From assembly GCF_009914755.1 (NCBI RefSeq), contig NC_060925.1: 64,000 nt of DNA; one strand, 5' to 3'. Below are positions 1 to 14,600 of the stretch, one piece after another; position 1 is the first letter of the stretch; each line of letters starts with the position of its first letter. A model generated the notes under the pieces. It saw only the letters and a list, made by a program, of their open reading frames with translations. It was not told the DNA's origin and did not search any database. Source of the DNA: the human T2T-CHM13v2.0 reference genome, Homo sapiens. The translations under genes were made by a program, and so were the position numbers.

Positions 1-360
1 ATAGTGGTGTCCCAAAATTCAAGCAAAGAAAGTTTTTAAAGAAGGGGATGTAACAGTTAATTACAGGGGCTAAGAGAGCTAAGAGATGCTGATTCAGATA
101 AAGAGTGAGAAATTACTTTTGGAATTGACCATCAGAACTTGTTAGTGACCTTCGTGAAAGTTCTTTCATTGGAGTGGTGATGGCAAAAGCCAACTGAAGT
201 GGATTCAGGGAAGTAATAATAGAGGGGGAAGTGAAGAAAATTATTTCAGGGTGATCCCTATACATGGGAATAGAGAAATGGAGTAGCTACAGGAGTCAAG
301 AAAGAGTTTTATTTTTGGATGGGAAATATTTCACCAGGTTTACATGTTTACATGCTAATG
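1..360 (-). mobile_element. L2 LINE fragment
   Basis: Purine-rich L2-antisense-like sequence (gttagtgaccttcgtgaaagttctttcattggagtggtgatggcaaaagcc). Confidence 0.55.
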
Positions 361-1530
361 GAAACATCTTAAACTATTTAATTATTTCCTGACTAATTGG
401 AAGCAGTATGTGTTATGTTCTAAAGTACATTAAAAGGATAACAAGAAACATGGGTTTTTAACCATTATGGAACTGTTTTCATACATAAAATGAGGGCTAG
501 TCTAGGTGAGCTCAAACTCTGACATTCTGAAATTCTGTAATTATCTACTGTGTGCTTCTCTTGGCCTCTCCAACTTTTTTCACCTACTATAGTAGGCAAC
601 TTTATTGGTTGTTAATACTAATAGAGGCTGCAGACAGTCATTAACAATGTCACATGTACCCCAAAGTCCCAAAGCTGCTTATTGGCATTGGTATGTGGAG
701 CCTAGTACTTCAAAAATTCATGTCTGCCAAAGCCTACACGTCAGCTGCTACCATGGTCAGAGGAAAAATGGACCCTCTCTCCCTTCTGCTTTCCACATCT
801 GAAGCAAGTGCATCTTATTGGCAGAATCTAAATTATATCCAGAGCTCTGGTGGCAAAATAGTTTGAGCGATATAGGTTTCAGGCTTCCATCCTTTGCTAC
901 ACAGAGGAAGAGCACAGGAGTCAGGAATAGATCATTGCCAGTAGGTAATCCCACACAGCTAGTATAATTAACTTAATGAAAAATTAGATTAAAATTCTTG
1001 CCCTAAATGCTTTTTTTTTGGCCTTATCATTAGATGGAACTTGTCATGTTTTTCTTTCCTAGTCATTAAATGAATAGAGCATTTACTGTGGAAGGGGTGC
1101 TTGGTATTCTTTAATCTTAAAGGAATTCCAATGCAAGAAAAAGAATTTTGTTTTAATTTTACTGTCTTTGTTCATTTGGAGATGTGTAGTTTAAAGTCTT
1201 ATTTCATTCTGTGCTATTTTGGGTACACTTCTTTCTGTAGGGAGCTTAGATATGCTCAGAAATGTGAGAATCTTAGCTACTATAGAAGGGAATGATGGGG
1301 AAGAATCTGTATTTGTCAGTAGTATTTGTCAGTAGTAAAGAAGTTCCTGGTTAGAGGAAGGAGAAGAATTATTCTGCTTTTATGCTGTTGTCAATGCCAA
1401 AGCATATCAAGATTTTAAAAAAATTCTGTTTCTTGGTGTAAAGAGCCTGTAACTGCTCTCCTTTTTCTTTTCTCATTTCAACCTTTTTTTCTTCCGGTTA
1501 CCTCTTTCAGTTGCTAAGAGTATCCCAAAC

Positions 1531-1674
1531 TCTTATAAAATATTCTGTAATTTTAGTGAACTGACATTTCTTTGAAATATCTGTTGTATTTAAGCATTAT
1601 GTCTTATAAAATATTCTGTAATTTTAGTGAACTGATTTCTTTGAAATATCTGTTGTATCTAAGCATTATGTCTT
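1531..1674. repeat. Tandem duplication, 71 + 69 bp units
   Basis: 1531-1601 is repeated at 1602-1670 with a 2-bp deletion and one substitution. TCTT microhomology at 1671-1674. Confidence 0.95.
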
Positions 1675-1734
1675 TGATTTGACTTGTCCTGTTTCATAGT
1701 TCTACCCTCTTCCTAGACTTTGAGTTTTTAGAGA

Positions 1735-2975
1735 AGGTAAAGGGGAAAATTAATGAAATATCTTTCAAAATGAAGGCAAAATAAGGACATTTTCACATAG
1801 AGAAAACCAAGGGAATTTGTCTCCAGAAGACCTGTGCTATAAGAAATGCTAAAGATATTTTTTAAAAGACTTGGGTAAATGATACCAGATAGAACCCCAG
1901 ATTAGCAGGAAGGAAGAGCATCAGAATGGGCAAATATTTGGGTAAAAAGAACAGGACTTTTTAAAAAGAAACTATATTTATCTTATGTGTGTGTATTTAA
2001 ATGTCTTTAAAAGACTATTGTCTTTTTAAAGCAATAATAATGGCAATTTATTATGGGGTTTACAGCTTATATAGAAGTAAAATATAAGACAATAAGAACA
2101 CAAGGGGGGGAGGGATAAATGGAATAATACTCTTAATAAAATTTTTATGTTGTTCGAATAATATTTCAAGATTGACTGCAGTAACTGATATCAAAGTATA
2201 ATCTCTAGAGCAACTACTAAAAGCTAACATAAAGAAGTACAGCTAGAGCCAGGCACGGTGGCTTGTGCCTATAATCTCAGCTACTAGGGAGGCTGTGGCA
2301 GGAAGATTGCTTGAGTCCAGGAGTTTGAGAAGCTGCGGTGAGCTGTGATCACATCATTGCTCTCCTGCCTGGGCAACAAAGCAAGACCCTGTGTCTTAAA
2401 AAGAAAAGAAAAAATATAGCTAAAAAGACAATGTAAGAAATAAAAATGGAATACTAAAAAATATGCAGTTCAGTGAAAAGAAGACAGGAAAAGAGAAACA
2501 CATAAAGAACAAATAGAATAAATTAAAAATGCATACCAAGATGGTAGACTTAAATCCAACCATATTAGTAGTTAAATTCAGTGGGCTAAACACATCAATT
2601 AAAAGGAAGAAATTTTCAAACTAGATTTTTTTAAAAAGGAAAGATCCAACTATATATTGTTTATAAGAAATAACACTTTAAATATGAAGACACTGACAGA
2701 TGGAAAATAAAGGTGAAAAAGGATGTATGCCATGCAAACATGAAGCATTAAAAAGCTGACATGGCTATATTAATCAGAAAAAGTAGACTTCCAAACAAAG
2801 ATTATTCTAAGAGACAACAAAAGAAATTTTTTATTGATAAAAGGAGCATACAAGGAAGATAAAACAATTCTAAATGTCTAGGCCCCTAATAACAAAGCTT
2901 CAACGTACACAAAGCAAAAAGTGACAGAACTTGAGAAAAAGATCTACAGCATAACTGGAGATTTTAACATCCTCT
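1735..2975 (+). mobile_element. Old L1M fragment (ORF1 end, inter-ORF region, ORF2 endonuclease start), interrupted by an Alu monomer
   Basis: A-rich. Contains gggctaaacacatcaattaaaagg (NGLN.PIKR-like), ccaactatatattgtttataagaaa and ggagattttaacatcctctc, typical of the degraded L1 ORF2 5' end. Confidence 0.75.
2247..2414 (+). mobile_element. Free Alu monomer (FRAM/FAM-like)
   Basis: gccaggcacggtggc...tgggcaacaaagcaagaccctg plus A tail, about 170 bp, single arm. Confidence 0.85.
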
Positions 2976-4459
2976 CATTTCTGTGTAAATGCCTCTCACA
3001 TTTTTGTCAATTATGATCTTTTGCTAAACCCATACAGCTGAAAATGCAAAAGCTCATGACTAGTTTTTCAGAGGTTCCTTAGTTAATTGGTATAAATCTT
3101 GGATAGGTAAACGGAATATCTGTTTTCTGTTTGCCTGATATCTCTGTAACTTGGCTTTTCCTAAGGCCTACCCATTGCTTTCTGAGACGAGGGAAATAAG
3201 TCTGGCTTCTTTCAAACTTCTTTGCTCATTTCATATGGGCCAAAGTAGCACTAATCATTTAAAATTCACCAGTTAATCTGTTCATTTTCAACCTTATATT
3301 TATCAACTAGCTATAATTTAGTTTTGGTTTTATTTACTACTTACTGGATAACTATGCCAGTAAGTATAGTATTTTATTATTTAACTGTGTTCTTCTTTTC
3401 ATTTTATTGGTGATTTTTTTCATTTGTTGTTAAACAGAGCATTTATTGAACACCTACAATATACAAGACCCACATTAGATTTTTATAAAATGAGATCCTT
3501 GACTTGTTACAGAGCCAGAAGTGGGAACCCCTATATTCATCTCTGCATATTGGTTCCATCCACCAAACAAAATTGTTTCCTTTTCTTTTCTCCCTTAAAC
3601 TTCTGTACATGCTTCTGTTTTAGCGCTTATCGCATTGTATTGTTTTCCTATATCTGTCTTCCCAGTTAAACTGCGAGCTTCTTAAAGGCAGAAGTCAAAT
3701 ATTTAATTTTGTAGCTTGGGCACATGTAGGTGCTTTGATTACTGAAAGATGGATATATGGACACAGTAATGAACAAATGATTAAAAAATTATTTAAACCA
3801 TTGTTTGACAGGGTAAGATTACTTTCTAATGAAATAGAACTTGGTAATATGCCCTTGAAGTCTGATACCCTGACAAACCGCTTCTGAAAATCAGCTTACA
3901 TAACTACCAGGGAGAATAAAAAGGCATAGTGCAAAGCAAATGCTGTGTGAAAGACAGGTTTCCAGTGTAGCATATGTGGGCCACTAATGGGTGTAGATTG
4001 AACTGTTCTCTTGCCAAGAGTCATCAATAAGAACTCTTTAATGATGGCTTAGTTCATAGATGTATTTTGGCATGAAGATCTCTGTGTTTAACTCAGTAAA
4101 CAATAGGATCTAGTTTCATTATGGACTTTTCATACTTCTTAGGAACTTGTCATTGGGAAGATAATTATTTTAGACAAGCAGACATTGTTATATGTTCAGT
4201 AACACTTATATAGCTTGGTCATAAAATTTGTGGTGCTTGGACTAGCTTTTGGGCTCTTTCTTTAAACTTAATGGAAAGTGCCTTAAATGCCTTAATCTCC
4301 ATAAGACACTTCTCCCAGACTAGAATGGACCTAAAGAGTTCTAATATCTGTCAGTGTTTAATTATTTGAACTGAATATGTCAGAAATCTTAGCAATGGAA
4401 GTTTAACAAATTTAAGTATAGAATGAACCAGTATAGGAAGATTTCATATAATTTTGTGA

Positions 4460-4567
<108 letters not shown>

Positions 4568-4698
4568 TAAGACAGTGCAGAAGCTCTTGGCCAAGGAATT
4601 TAAAATAGCTGGTATTTTAAGAAAGTTGAAATTCACACTTCCCTTTCACCTTAAATTTGTTCTCATCTATGAGTTTTATATTAGTCATATACTCTAAG

Positions 4699-4727
4699 AT
4701 ATATATATATATGTATATATATATATA
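4699..4727. repeat. (TA)n microsatellite
   Basis: atatatatatatatgtatatatatatata. Confidence 0.85.
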
Positions 4728-5199
4728 ACATACTACTGAGCAGTTGGAATAAAGCCAGATAATTTCAAAAGTTCAACTCTCCCAAATCCCTTAAATACAA
4801 ATTTAGTCAGAATGCTGTTCCATCATAATTTTGATGAAAATCTTGAATACCCATAGCTTTCTTGCCCTTGATTTGCATCTGTTTCATGAACCTAGGGAAG
4901 GGAATGTTATTTTTTGAGTGCTCTGTACCAGGTGTCCTGCTGAGTGTTTTACATGTATTTTATCTTTAAATCCATGTAATAACTAAAAGTTTATTTTATA
5001 TATAGAAAAACTGGTCAAATCATTTATTTTTTTTTGTAATTTTCAGAGTCATAAGACCTAGTGGTAGACTCAGAATTCAGATCATAGCTGTTTTACTTAC
5101 AATGCATTTTTCACTACACAATAATACTTAAGATTTTGAAAGATTTCAAAGAGAATGCTGTATCTACAGGTTTAAATGTCTTCAAAGGGAAATATAATA

Positions 5200-5430
5200 T
5201 GGGAAGCAATATGGTGTCATGGTTAAGATGCTAGCTTTATTTGCCCTGTTGGGCAGAGTTCAAATTATAACTCTACCTCTTACTTTGTGGGCTCAAGCAG
5301 ATTACATGCAATTGAAGTTTTCTCATCTACAAAATGCTGGCTGCACAGAGTTGATATAATGGTTAAATTAGATAATATATTTAGAGCACTTAGCATGGTA
5401 CATAAGTGCCCCCCAAAATGGTAAATGGTA
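5200..5430 (+). mobile_element. MIR SINE
   Basis: agttttctcatctacaaaatg...aaattagataatatatttagagcacttagcatgg MIR core. Confidence 0.65.
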
Positions 5431-5889
5431 ATGATGTGATGTCATTGACAACAGTATCACTGAAGTGAAATTTGAGGATCTCAGCTTCTATCTGTAGCTC
5501 TACCACACATTTGCAGTTCACTTATATGAATTTAACATTTACTTAGAATATACTGTGTGCCAGTGTTCTAGGCACTGAGAAAAAAATATAGATAGATAGA
5601 TAGATAGTAAAAATGAAGTCAAAAGCTATTTTATTCATTATACTAATAACTGAGAATTCCTATTAAATGACAATGAGCAGCATATCAGCAATCATGAATG
5701 TTTAAAATCCTGAGATTGTATTATCCTGTTGAAATTGATAATTCAAATATGTTTAAATAATAACTAATCATTCTCTGCTAACCAGAATATATCATTCAAT
5801 TACATTTATTTTAAAAATATATCAATTTTTGGATGCATGGTTATAATGGCATGGTATTTCTTCATTAGTTAAAATGTTTTAGTGAATTA

Positions 5890-6492
5890 CAGCCAATTTT
5901 CATTATTTGTGGATTCCATATTTGCTAATTCACCTACTAAAATCTGCTAAAATGTATTTGTAACCCCTAATATTAGCAGTGCTTTTGTCATCATTTGCAA
6001 ACATGCGTAGATGCTCCCTGGTGAGGTTGAACAAGGCAGTGTTCTGCCTTTTAGTCTCAGCTATATAAACAAGGTCCTTTTCACAGTCCACATTTTTCAT
6101 ATTTTTGTGCTTTTTGTTGGTAATTTTGCTGTTTGAAATGGCCCCGAGGCATATTGCTGAATTGCTGTCTAGTGTTGCTAAGCCGAAGCGGGCTGTGATG
6201 TGCTGTGTGGAGAAACTACGTATGTTAGATAAGTTTCATTCAGGCATGATTTATAGTGCAGTTGGCTGTGAGTTCAAGTTAGTGAATGAATAATATATGT
6301 TAAAGAAGGTATCTCTAAACAGAAACACATAAATAAGGTTATATATTTATCACTTAACAGAAATATTGTAACCAGAGGCTTGCAGGAACCTAACCCTGTA
6401 TTTCCCCCAGGAGGATGGTTTAGGATTCACTAATTCATTGCTGGCAGTGACTTTTTAGAACATAACTATCACAAAATAGCAAGAAGCGACTA
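5890..6492. mobile_element. TcMar-Tigger non-autonomous element (MER44-like)
   Basis: TA-flanked CAG start. Internal tttgctgtttgaaatggcccc, ttagataagtttcattcaggcatg and gcaggaacctaaccctgtatttccc match the remembered MER44 consensus. Confidence 0.75.
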
Positions 6493-7386
6493 TATATTCA
6501 AAATATTGTAATCAGAAATGGCCTAGTGAACAAATGGAGTTATTTCAAAGGAAATTCTTATGACTCATTTATTACTTCCATTTAGGTCAGTCTTTTTCTC
6601 CTCTTAATAATATTTGATTGATACATACAAGTTTTCTCTTTGAGGAAAAATGAAGCATTTTTACAGGATCCCTTTAACTCTTCCAGATATTGGTCCTAAA
6701 CCCTAGAAAATCCTGAACACATTAAGAACTCTATTAGAATCATTTGACTGTATTTTTTGGGGCATGATGTGGTTTGAGGTATTATCATTTTAGTTTTTAA
6801 TTTTAGTAAGGCACATACATGGTACTTTTAATATCAATGACTAGCAGTTGTTGAGTGACTCCTATGGGACAGGATCCATGCTTGGCACTTGACATATAAC
6901 ATCTCCAGTAACAGTCCTACAAGGGTTGTGTGGTTATACTCTTTTTATTGAGGAGGAAACAGTTTGTTCATGGAGGGCAATTTCCCCAGGAGTGCCCACT
7001 TGAGAAGTGAAGCAGGAATTCTAAACCAAGTCTGCTTGTTTTCAAGTCCTAAGCTTTTTCCACCTTTTTGCACAGCCTCGTAGGCAAGCATACCTTCATA
7101 TATTCGACAGGGTGGTGAAAAATGACTTTTCCTCAGATTTAATTTGTATTACTAAAAAAATTAAAAATCGTTCAAACCTATGCAGAAATCTCTCTATTTT
7201 CTGATACTTTCATTATTTTTACATGCTTTGCAATGTACTTGACCATCTAGTACATTTTAGAGCCTTGATTCAGAAATCAGAATTTTAGCATAAGTGAATG
7301 GGTTCTTATAAAATATCCTGATCCTTGGGCTTTACAAAATATTGTTATAAAAATTACTGCCAAAGTGCAACTAATATTTTGGTTGA

Positions 7387-7614
<228 letters not shown>

Positions 7615-8379
7615 TGAAAGAATAGAGCAAATATTTTTGAGTGCTTGCCGTACACAAGACATTGGGCTGAATATTGTGGAAAATACAAAGATGTGAGAAA
7701 TAGGAAGCAATATAAAATAAATTATGTGAGTGGAACAGTCTAAGTACTGTAATATATGCTTTACTTTGAGCTGTTGAGTATTATAAAGATGAACATGGAA
7801 TTGGTGTCAGACTATGAGTTTGTATTTAGGAAATATAAACTACTTGTTGATTTTTATTGTTTGTAATCCTGATAGCCATGCTGTTTATAAAAAAAGGAAA
7901 AGTAAAAACATAAAAATATTCTATTTAGGCTTTTCCTATTTAGGCTTTTAAACCAATTCCCATTTGGTTATTGAGAAACAGACTTCTGAAATGTAGGTTT
8001 GAGATGGATCATGGGCTGATTATTAATTGTGGAATGTTTGGATCTATGTTCCTAAGAATCTCTATTCCTCTTTTATCTCTTCTTAATTAAACATTTGGTT
8101 GGTGAAGAATGTGTTAGATAATCAGTTAGCTTATGTAAAAGTAAATGTTTATACTAGCACTTTTGAATGTTATGAATGTTAGGCTAAATGGAAAAAATGC
8201 ATAGCTGTTTATATTTCATCTACTTTTTCTATAAAATGAAAATATTTTCTTCATAGAATTGCCATGTGAATATCTCTGTTAGAGTGCTGTAGGTTAACCC
8301 AGGAGCACATGAATGAATTAGAATTCCTCAGTGGTGGTTTCTATCCCAAGCTGTTTTTTCTTTCTTTCTCTCTGTTTTT

Positions 8380-8445
8380 AAACAAGAGAAGGGACCTCAC
8401 TGTGTTGCCCAGGCTGGACTCAAACCCCTGGGCTCAAGTGATACT
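8380..8445 (-). mobile_element. Short Alu/FLAM fragment
   Basis: ctcactgtgttgcccaggctggactcaaacccctgggctcaagtgat. Confidence 0.7.
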
Positions 8446-8504
8446 GAGTAGCTGGCTTTCTTTTTTTTTTTTAAGAATACACTGGGTATGGTTAGAAGTA
8501 AGTA

Positions 8505-8721
8505 CAGTTGACCCTTGAACAACACAAGTTTGAATGAAGCAGGTCCATTTATATGTGGATTTTTCTCAACCTTAGCAGGATGCCAAACCCACTTATATGC
8601 AGGGCCAACTTTTCACACATGTAGATTCCACAGAGCTAACTGTGGGACTTGAGTATGTACAGATTTGGAGTTATACAGGCGGCTCTGTAACCAGTCCTCC
8701 ACATATACAGAGGGATGAGTG
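8505..8721 (-). mobile_element. MER8-like Tigger MITE
   Basis: TA|CAGTTGACCCTTGAACAACAC terminus and ...gagggatgagtg opposite end. Confidence 0.75.
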
Positions 8722-9450
8722 TCTATACTAACAATAGAATGAGCAAATTCATTCTCTGATTATTACCACTCACTGTCACTGAAATTCTCAGTTAACTAGT
8801 TAATTCTTTTCCTAAGGTATAAATATCTAGCAGCTCAGGTTTTTAGGACCAGAGAACTTTGATACTTGAAAACTAGGGAGATCAAACATCTTATATATTT
8901 TCAGTTATTAATCAAACATGCTAAGAGATTTGGAACACTTTAGCCATAGCGTCTCATGATCACTGCCTTTTCACAAAATTCCCTGTGTTCACCTTACTCT
9001 ATCAGACATAACTGGTATGTTTCTGTACAGGACCAGCCTCAAAGTTTCTTTTCAGCAGCAAGGGGGCAGCTGAGAACAATGTTTCCTGCAAGGCTCCAAC
9101 TGTACTGGTCTATGAAAACAAAGTATTTCCCTTACTATTGACACAATTATGTTCAAAGTAGGAGAAAAAAAGTAAACTTTTAAGAAGATTCAGTACTATG
9201 AAGAAGAAACCTGCTGGGTGTTAAAATGATTGTGTTGAAGTATATTTTATGGAAGTTACTGTAGGAGAATGTTTTTAACATTCAAATAGACAGTTTTTCT
9301 GAGGTTCAGGATAATTACTGTATTATTTGATCAAAACAGTATAACAGATATTAGAAGTAACACTTGTCAAGCCATGGATTGAAGTCATGGTTAGTAATGT
9401 TTTTCTAAGGGAAGAGAACAAGTATTTTTTATAGAGAAGACAATCCTAGC

Positions 9451-9747
9451 TTTTTTTTTTTTCTTTTGAGATGGATTCTCTCTCTGTTGCCCAGGCTGGA
9501 GTGCAGTGGTGCCACCTTGGCTTACTACAACCTCCACCTCCCAGGTTCAAGTGATTCTCTTGCCTCAGCCTCCTGAATAGCTGGGACTATAGCCGCATGC
9601 CACCATGCCTGGCTAATTTTTGTGTTTTTAGTAGAGACGGGGTTTCACCATGTTGGCCAGGATGGTCTCCATCTCCTGACCTTGTGATCCACCCGCCTCG
9701 GCCTCCCAGAGTGCTGGAATTACAGGCATGAGCCACCGCGCCCAACC
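9451..9747 (-). mobile_element. Full-length AluS
   Basis: Dimeric Alu in antisense with TSD aatcctagcttt (9442-9453 / 9748-9759). Confidence 0.95.
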
Positions 9748-11030
9748 AATCCTAGCTTTAAACAGACTGTATTTTTATAAAAGACAGTGAATGGCGGTTT
9801 AAAAAATATATATGCATTGCATTTTTTTGCATTTGTAAAAAGTGATTTCTCATTAGTTTGCTATAAAAGTGCTGTTAGAAAATTATTGATTTCCACTCCT
9901 CCCTAGTCCCTTGATGTTCATTCAGGAAGACTGTTAGGACTGGCTCTCACACAATTACTATTAGGAGTATGTCTAACATTCTGTTTCGATTTTTCATTTT
10001 CAAATTACTGATTTATCACATTTTGGTGTTTTATATCAAGGAAGAGTAAAGACAAATGAACTGAATTAGATAATAGTAATTAAGATAACATCCTTTTTAT
10101 TTTTTTTGTTTTGTTTCAATAGTAGGGAAAAGGAAGTTAATTTTATCTTGATGACTGTAAACTATGTTATGGGACAGGAATTTTGTTCTTTAATACCTGG
10201 ATTGTTCTTTTTGCTCTTGCTGAAATGAAAATGAAATAATAAATTACCTCATGCTTGGTCTTCTTTCATCTTTCAATATAAAATATTCTAACAGTTTCAT
10301 TAAAAAGGTGAGTGGCATCATTTCTTGTGCAGAAGGATGTAGACTTTTTCTCCCACTTAGGTTCTTAATTTTATTGGCAGAAATTATTATAATTGATACT
10401 ACATTGGAAATTCAGAAGAAGATTCCAGAGCCCCAGGTTTCGGCTTAGCATGAACCAGACATTTATAACAAAGCCAATAAGCAAGCTATGTTATTTTATT
10501 TTATGAATGGACATGTATTTAACAAAATATTTTAATATCTAAAGATGTAGAAGTAGCCATTGACTGTTTCGTACTGTTATTTAAGCCACTCTCTCCCAAA
10601 CTTACACTCCCTCACACCCTGCATTCCTGTACCTTTTAATCTCTTTACAGTTGAGCGGTTGAAATTATTTTCTCTAAAGCAGACACACTCTTGGATAACT
10701 ACTGAGTTCCTGTTATAGCTCAGCAAGAAAAAATGCTTATGATCCCAGTACTCCAGACAAAGGTCCAAAGTGCTTCTGTTCTTTTGACTCTCCTTAAAGA
10801 GTTTTTACCACCAACATAGTAATCTATTCGGCTTTCTTTGCTTAGTTCCAGTTATTTGTAGCTTATTTTCCTGTAAATACTTTGCCTTTTTCTCCTCTCT
10901 TTGATTTGTTTGTTTTAGTATGATTTGGAGAGGGAGGTTGGAGAATAACTTTTTCTCAAACTTCCAAGTCACTTTGAGTGTAGAATAACTGATACATTAA
11001 TAAGAAAAAAATCCAATTAAGTTTAATGCC

Positions 11031-11275
11031 TTTTTTGTTTGTTTGTTTGTTTGTTTTAAGAGACAAGGTCTCTGTTGCCCAGGATGGAGTGCAGTGGTAC
11101 AATTATAGTTCACTTCAGCCTCCAACTCCTGAGCTCAAACAGTTCTCCTGTGTCAGTCTCCAGAGTATCTGGGACTACAGGAGAGTGCCACCACATCCAG
11201 CTAATTTTTATTTATTTTTTGTAGAGATGGGGTCTCACTTTGTTGCCCAGGCTTGTCTTGAACTCCTGGACTCAA
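11031..11275 (-). mobile_element. 5'-truncated old Alu (AluJ-like)
   Basis: T tail, then a diverged right arm and part of the left arm. taatgc flanks both ends. Confidence 0.85.
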
Positions 11276-11302
11276 TAATGCTTATTTTAAAAATACTTTT
11301 GT

Positions 11303-11688
<386 letters not shown>

Positions 11689-14600
11689 TCAGGAAAGCTC
11701 AAATAAAGTTAAGAAGAAGATGATTTTAAAAGGGCAGAAAAGAAACATTGAGAAGAAAGATTGGGAAATGATATTAATTTATTATTTCAATACACATTTA
11801 AATACCATCCTTACATGTAGCTGTCTCATCCACTAATATATAAGGAAAGAATTTCTTCCTGGGGCAGTTTTTCATTAAAAACAGGTTCTCTTTGAATCAG
11901 ATGGCTATGAATGTCAGTTTGCCATATTATCTCTACTTGTTTAATATTTTTCTTTTGCAAATGAGATGGATGCCTACTTTGGGAACATTTTTTATTTCTA
12001 TTACATTTTCTGTTTTCAGTACCTGTCTCAAATTGTAAGTAAACACGTAAAGTGTCTTTTCATCAGTTTCAAATACATACATAATATTACAGAAGAATCT
12101 GAGCTATAGCCATATGACTGCCTGAGAGATGTCTCTTTCTCCTCTCTTTCCAAGTATTTTATATATTCTAGCAATAGTACCATATTTGGGTATGCACCCC
12201 TTACTGGTCCCTTATAAAAATTATTAACACTGTCATATATACGGCATGGATTATAAGGGTAGCCTTAAGTAATAGGGACTTATTGTAAGTTATGTGAGAT
12301 TAAAGAAGCACAGGAAACTGGCTCAGAATCCAAATAATCCCTCTGTGCTTGTGCTTCATTGGGTGGAATGTATACTAGTCTTCATGGAGAATTGGAATAG
12401 TGGTTTATTGTCATTTCTGATTTGACAGCAGCTCCAGTGATTCCACTTTAGTCTTTTTTTTACACTTTACTGATTCATACTCCTCAAACACAAAGATCTG
12501 ATTGGGTAGTTCTGGTCACCATCTCTTACGCAGAGAATTACTATGGCAGCTTTGGCTTATGATCCACAGTTATTCATTTGTGACAAGAGAAAAACCTGGG
12601 GCCACTCTTCTGAGAAAATGACTTTGGTAGGCACTGGGAGCTTCATAAACTACTATACCACACAGCCTGTTTTTTTTAATTATTATTCTTTTTTCCCCGT
12701 TCTTAGTAAGTGTGCATTAAATTCTTTCTTGTATTGGTTCCTAATTGTTTGATCTAAAAGGCCCATCTTCTCATCTATATGATAAGCCTTTTGAAGGCAG
12801 GAAATATCGTATGCTTTTGTGACTACCCCTGACACTCAGCAATGCCTACCACTGAGTGCTTACTGAACAGAATGGTTTTAGACATGAGCCATTGAGAGAA
12901 GTCACAGTGATGGAAGTTTGTTGTTTTTCATAATCATTTAAAAGGTTTTTTTTTTTACATTGTTTTGCTTAAAGAAATTGGAATCTATTTTACTGATCTA
13001 AGAAGTAATATAAGCTGTGCTGAATGCCAGTAGAAAGTTTAGTTAAAGATGATCTCTGTTTTGTCCATTTATGATTTGCACTAGCCAGATATCATCAGCT
13101 TATTCTTGTCTCTGAATCTAAGCTGTAGAGCTAAATAATTCACCTGAGTGTAGTGTTTAACAGCTTTCTATGTCAGTAAGTAGAACTTTGAGATACTTGC
13201 ATCTTCATTTAAAATTATTTGTTGGCAGCATTTTGGAGTAGATTGTTGTTAGACCTCACTGATTTCTTTTTTGGAGAAGGGATGGGTTCTACTATTTGTA
13301 CAGATTCAAGCAGTAGGAGCCAGAAACTTGAAACTTTGGAAACACTGTAGGAAATACTGTGATTATTGCAAAAAAAAAGGTTGACTAGTGGTGTTATTTG
13401 TTCAAAATGTTTGCCAGAGGTTTAGTCCCACGGATGGGCATAAAAACGAATTTCAAAAATAGCAATGATATTTTCTAACTTAATACCTAGATTAATACCT
13501 AACACATGAAGAATGGCATATTTTCTTAATGCCTGTTATTTATTTCTTAGAAATTTATGTTTAGTTTATATGCATATATAAAAATTCAACATATGTATAT
13601 ATATAAAAATTCAATTGTATGTATATATATAAAATCTTCAGAGGCAGGAGGAATTTCTTTAGTATCAAAGGAAATTCATTTATAAAGTCTACTTCAAAAG
13701 GGTACAGCTCCTTCTTTTGTTTCTGAGACCTCAAAACTTGAGTGTACACATAGATGTTGGAGTTTGGCCATTTTCTTATCTCCACTTTCATGGCCTTTGA
13801 GCCAAATTCTAGCTGGAAAAAAAAGTGAATAGATGAGTTTGGAAAGATACTTGCATTTTAGAAAAGGGTCTTATCTCAGAAGAGAGATGTTTTAAAAAAC
13901 CTTCTTTTAGAAGGCTTTTTAAAATTAATTTTTAGCTTTAAAATATATTCTCATTCAGGTCTAAAGCACATTATAAAAAAATAGAGCAGAGTTGACTGAG
14001 TACCCTAGGTTAATAAACTTAACCTAGATTTATTTAATCATTATGCCAATAATGTTCTTTTTATATGTCCATTTTCTATTTCACTTTATTATATACAAAT
14101 ATTAACACTTCAATGTATACTACCTTTGTAGTTTACAAACCTCTTTCACATACATAATCTTAGCAATTCCTTACATATAATCACAAGTATTCTTAGTCCT
14201 ATTTTATGGCTGAAAAAGCTGAAGCAAAGAGAGATTAAGTAGCTTATCTAAGGACACAAAAATGATAAGCATTAGAACTAGGGCAATAATTGATAGATTC
14301 TAATTTAATACAGTGATTTTTTTTTTCTTTACATTGTTGTGCTTTTTTCTTTATATCTGGCACTTTTAGATGTATTACAGCATATGTAAATAAATTAATC
14401 TAACCCTCCAAAATCAAGATATTTCATTGAAAAATCTGCTGGACAGTTTTGGCAGATTCATTACACAACTTCAAAAATTGTTTGTTTGTTAATTACCTGA
14501 TTATGTTTGTTTGTTAATTACCTGTTAATTATAATTATAGATTAAGTACTTTAATAGATTATGCTTTCATAATGCTGGAGAATAACTTAATGGTTTGAAA

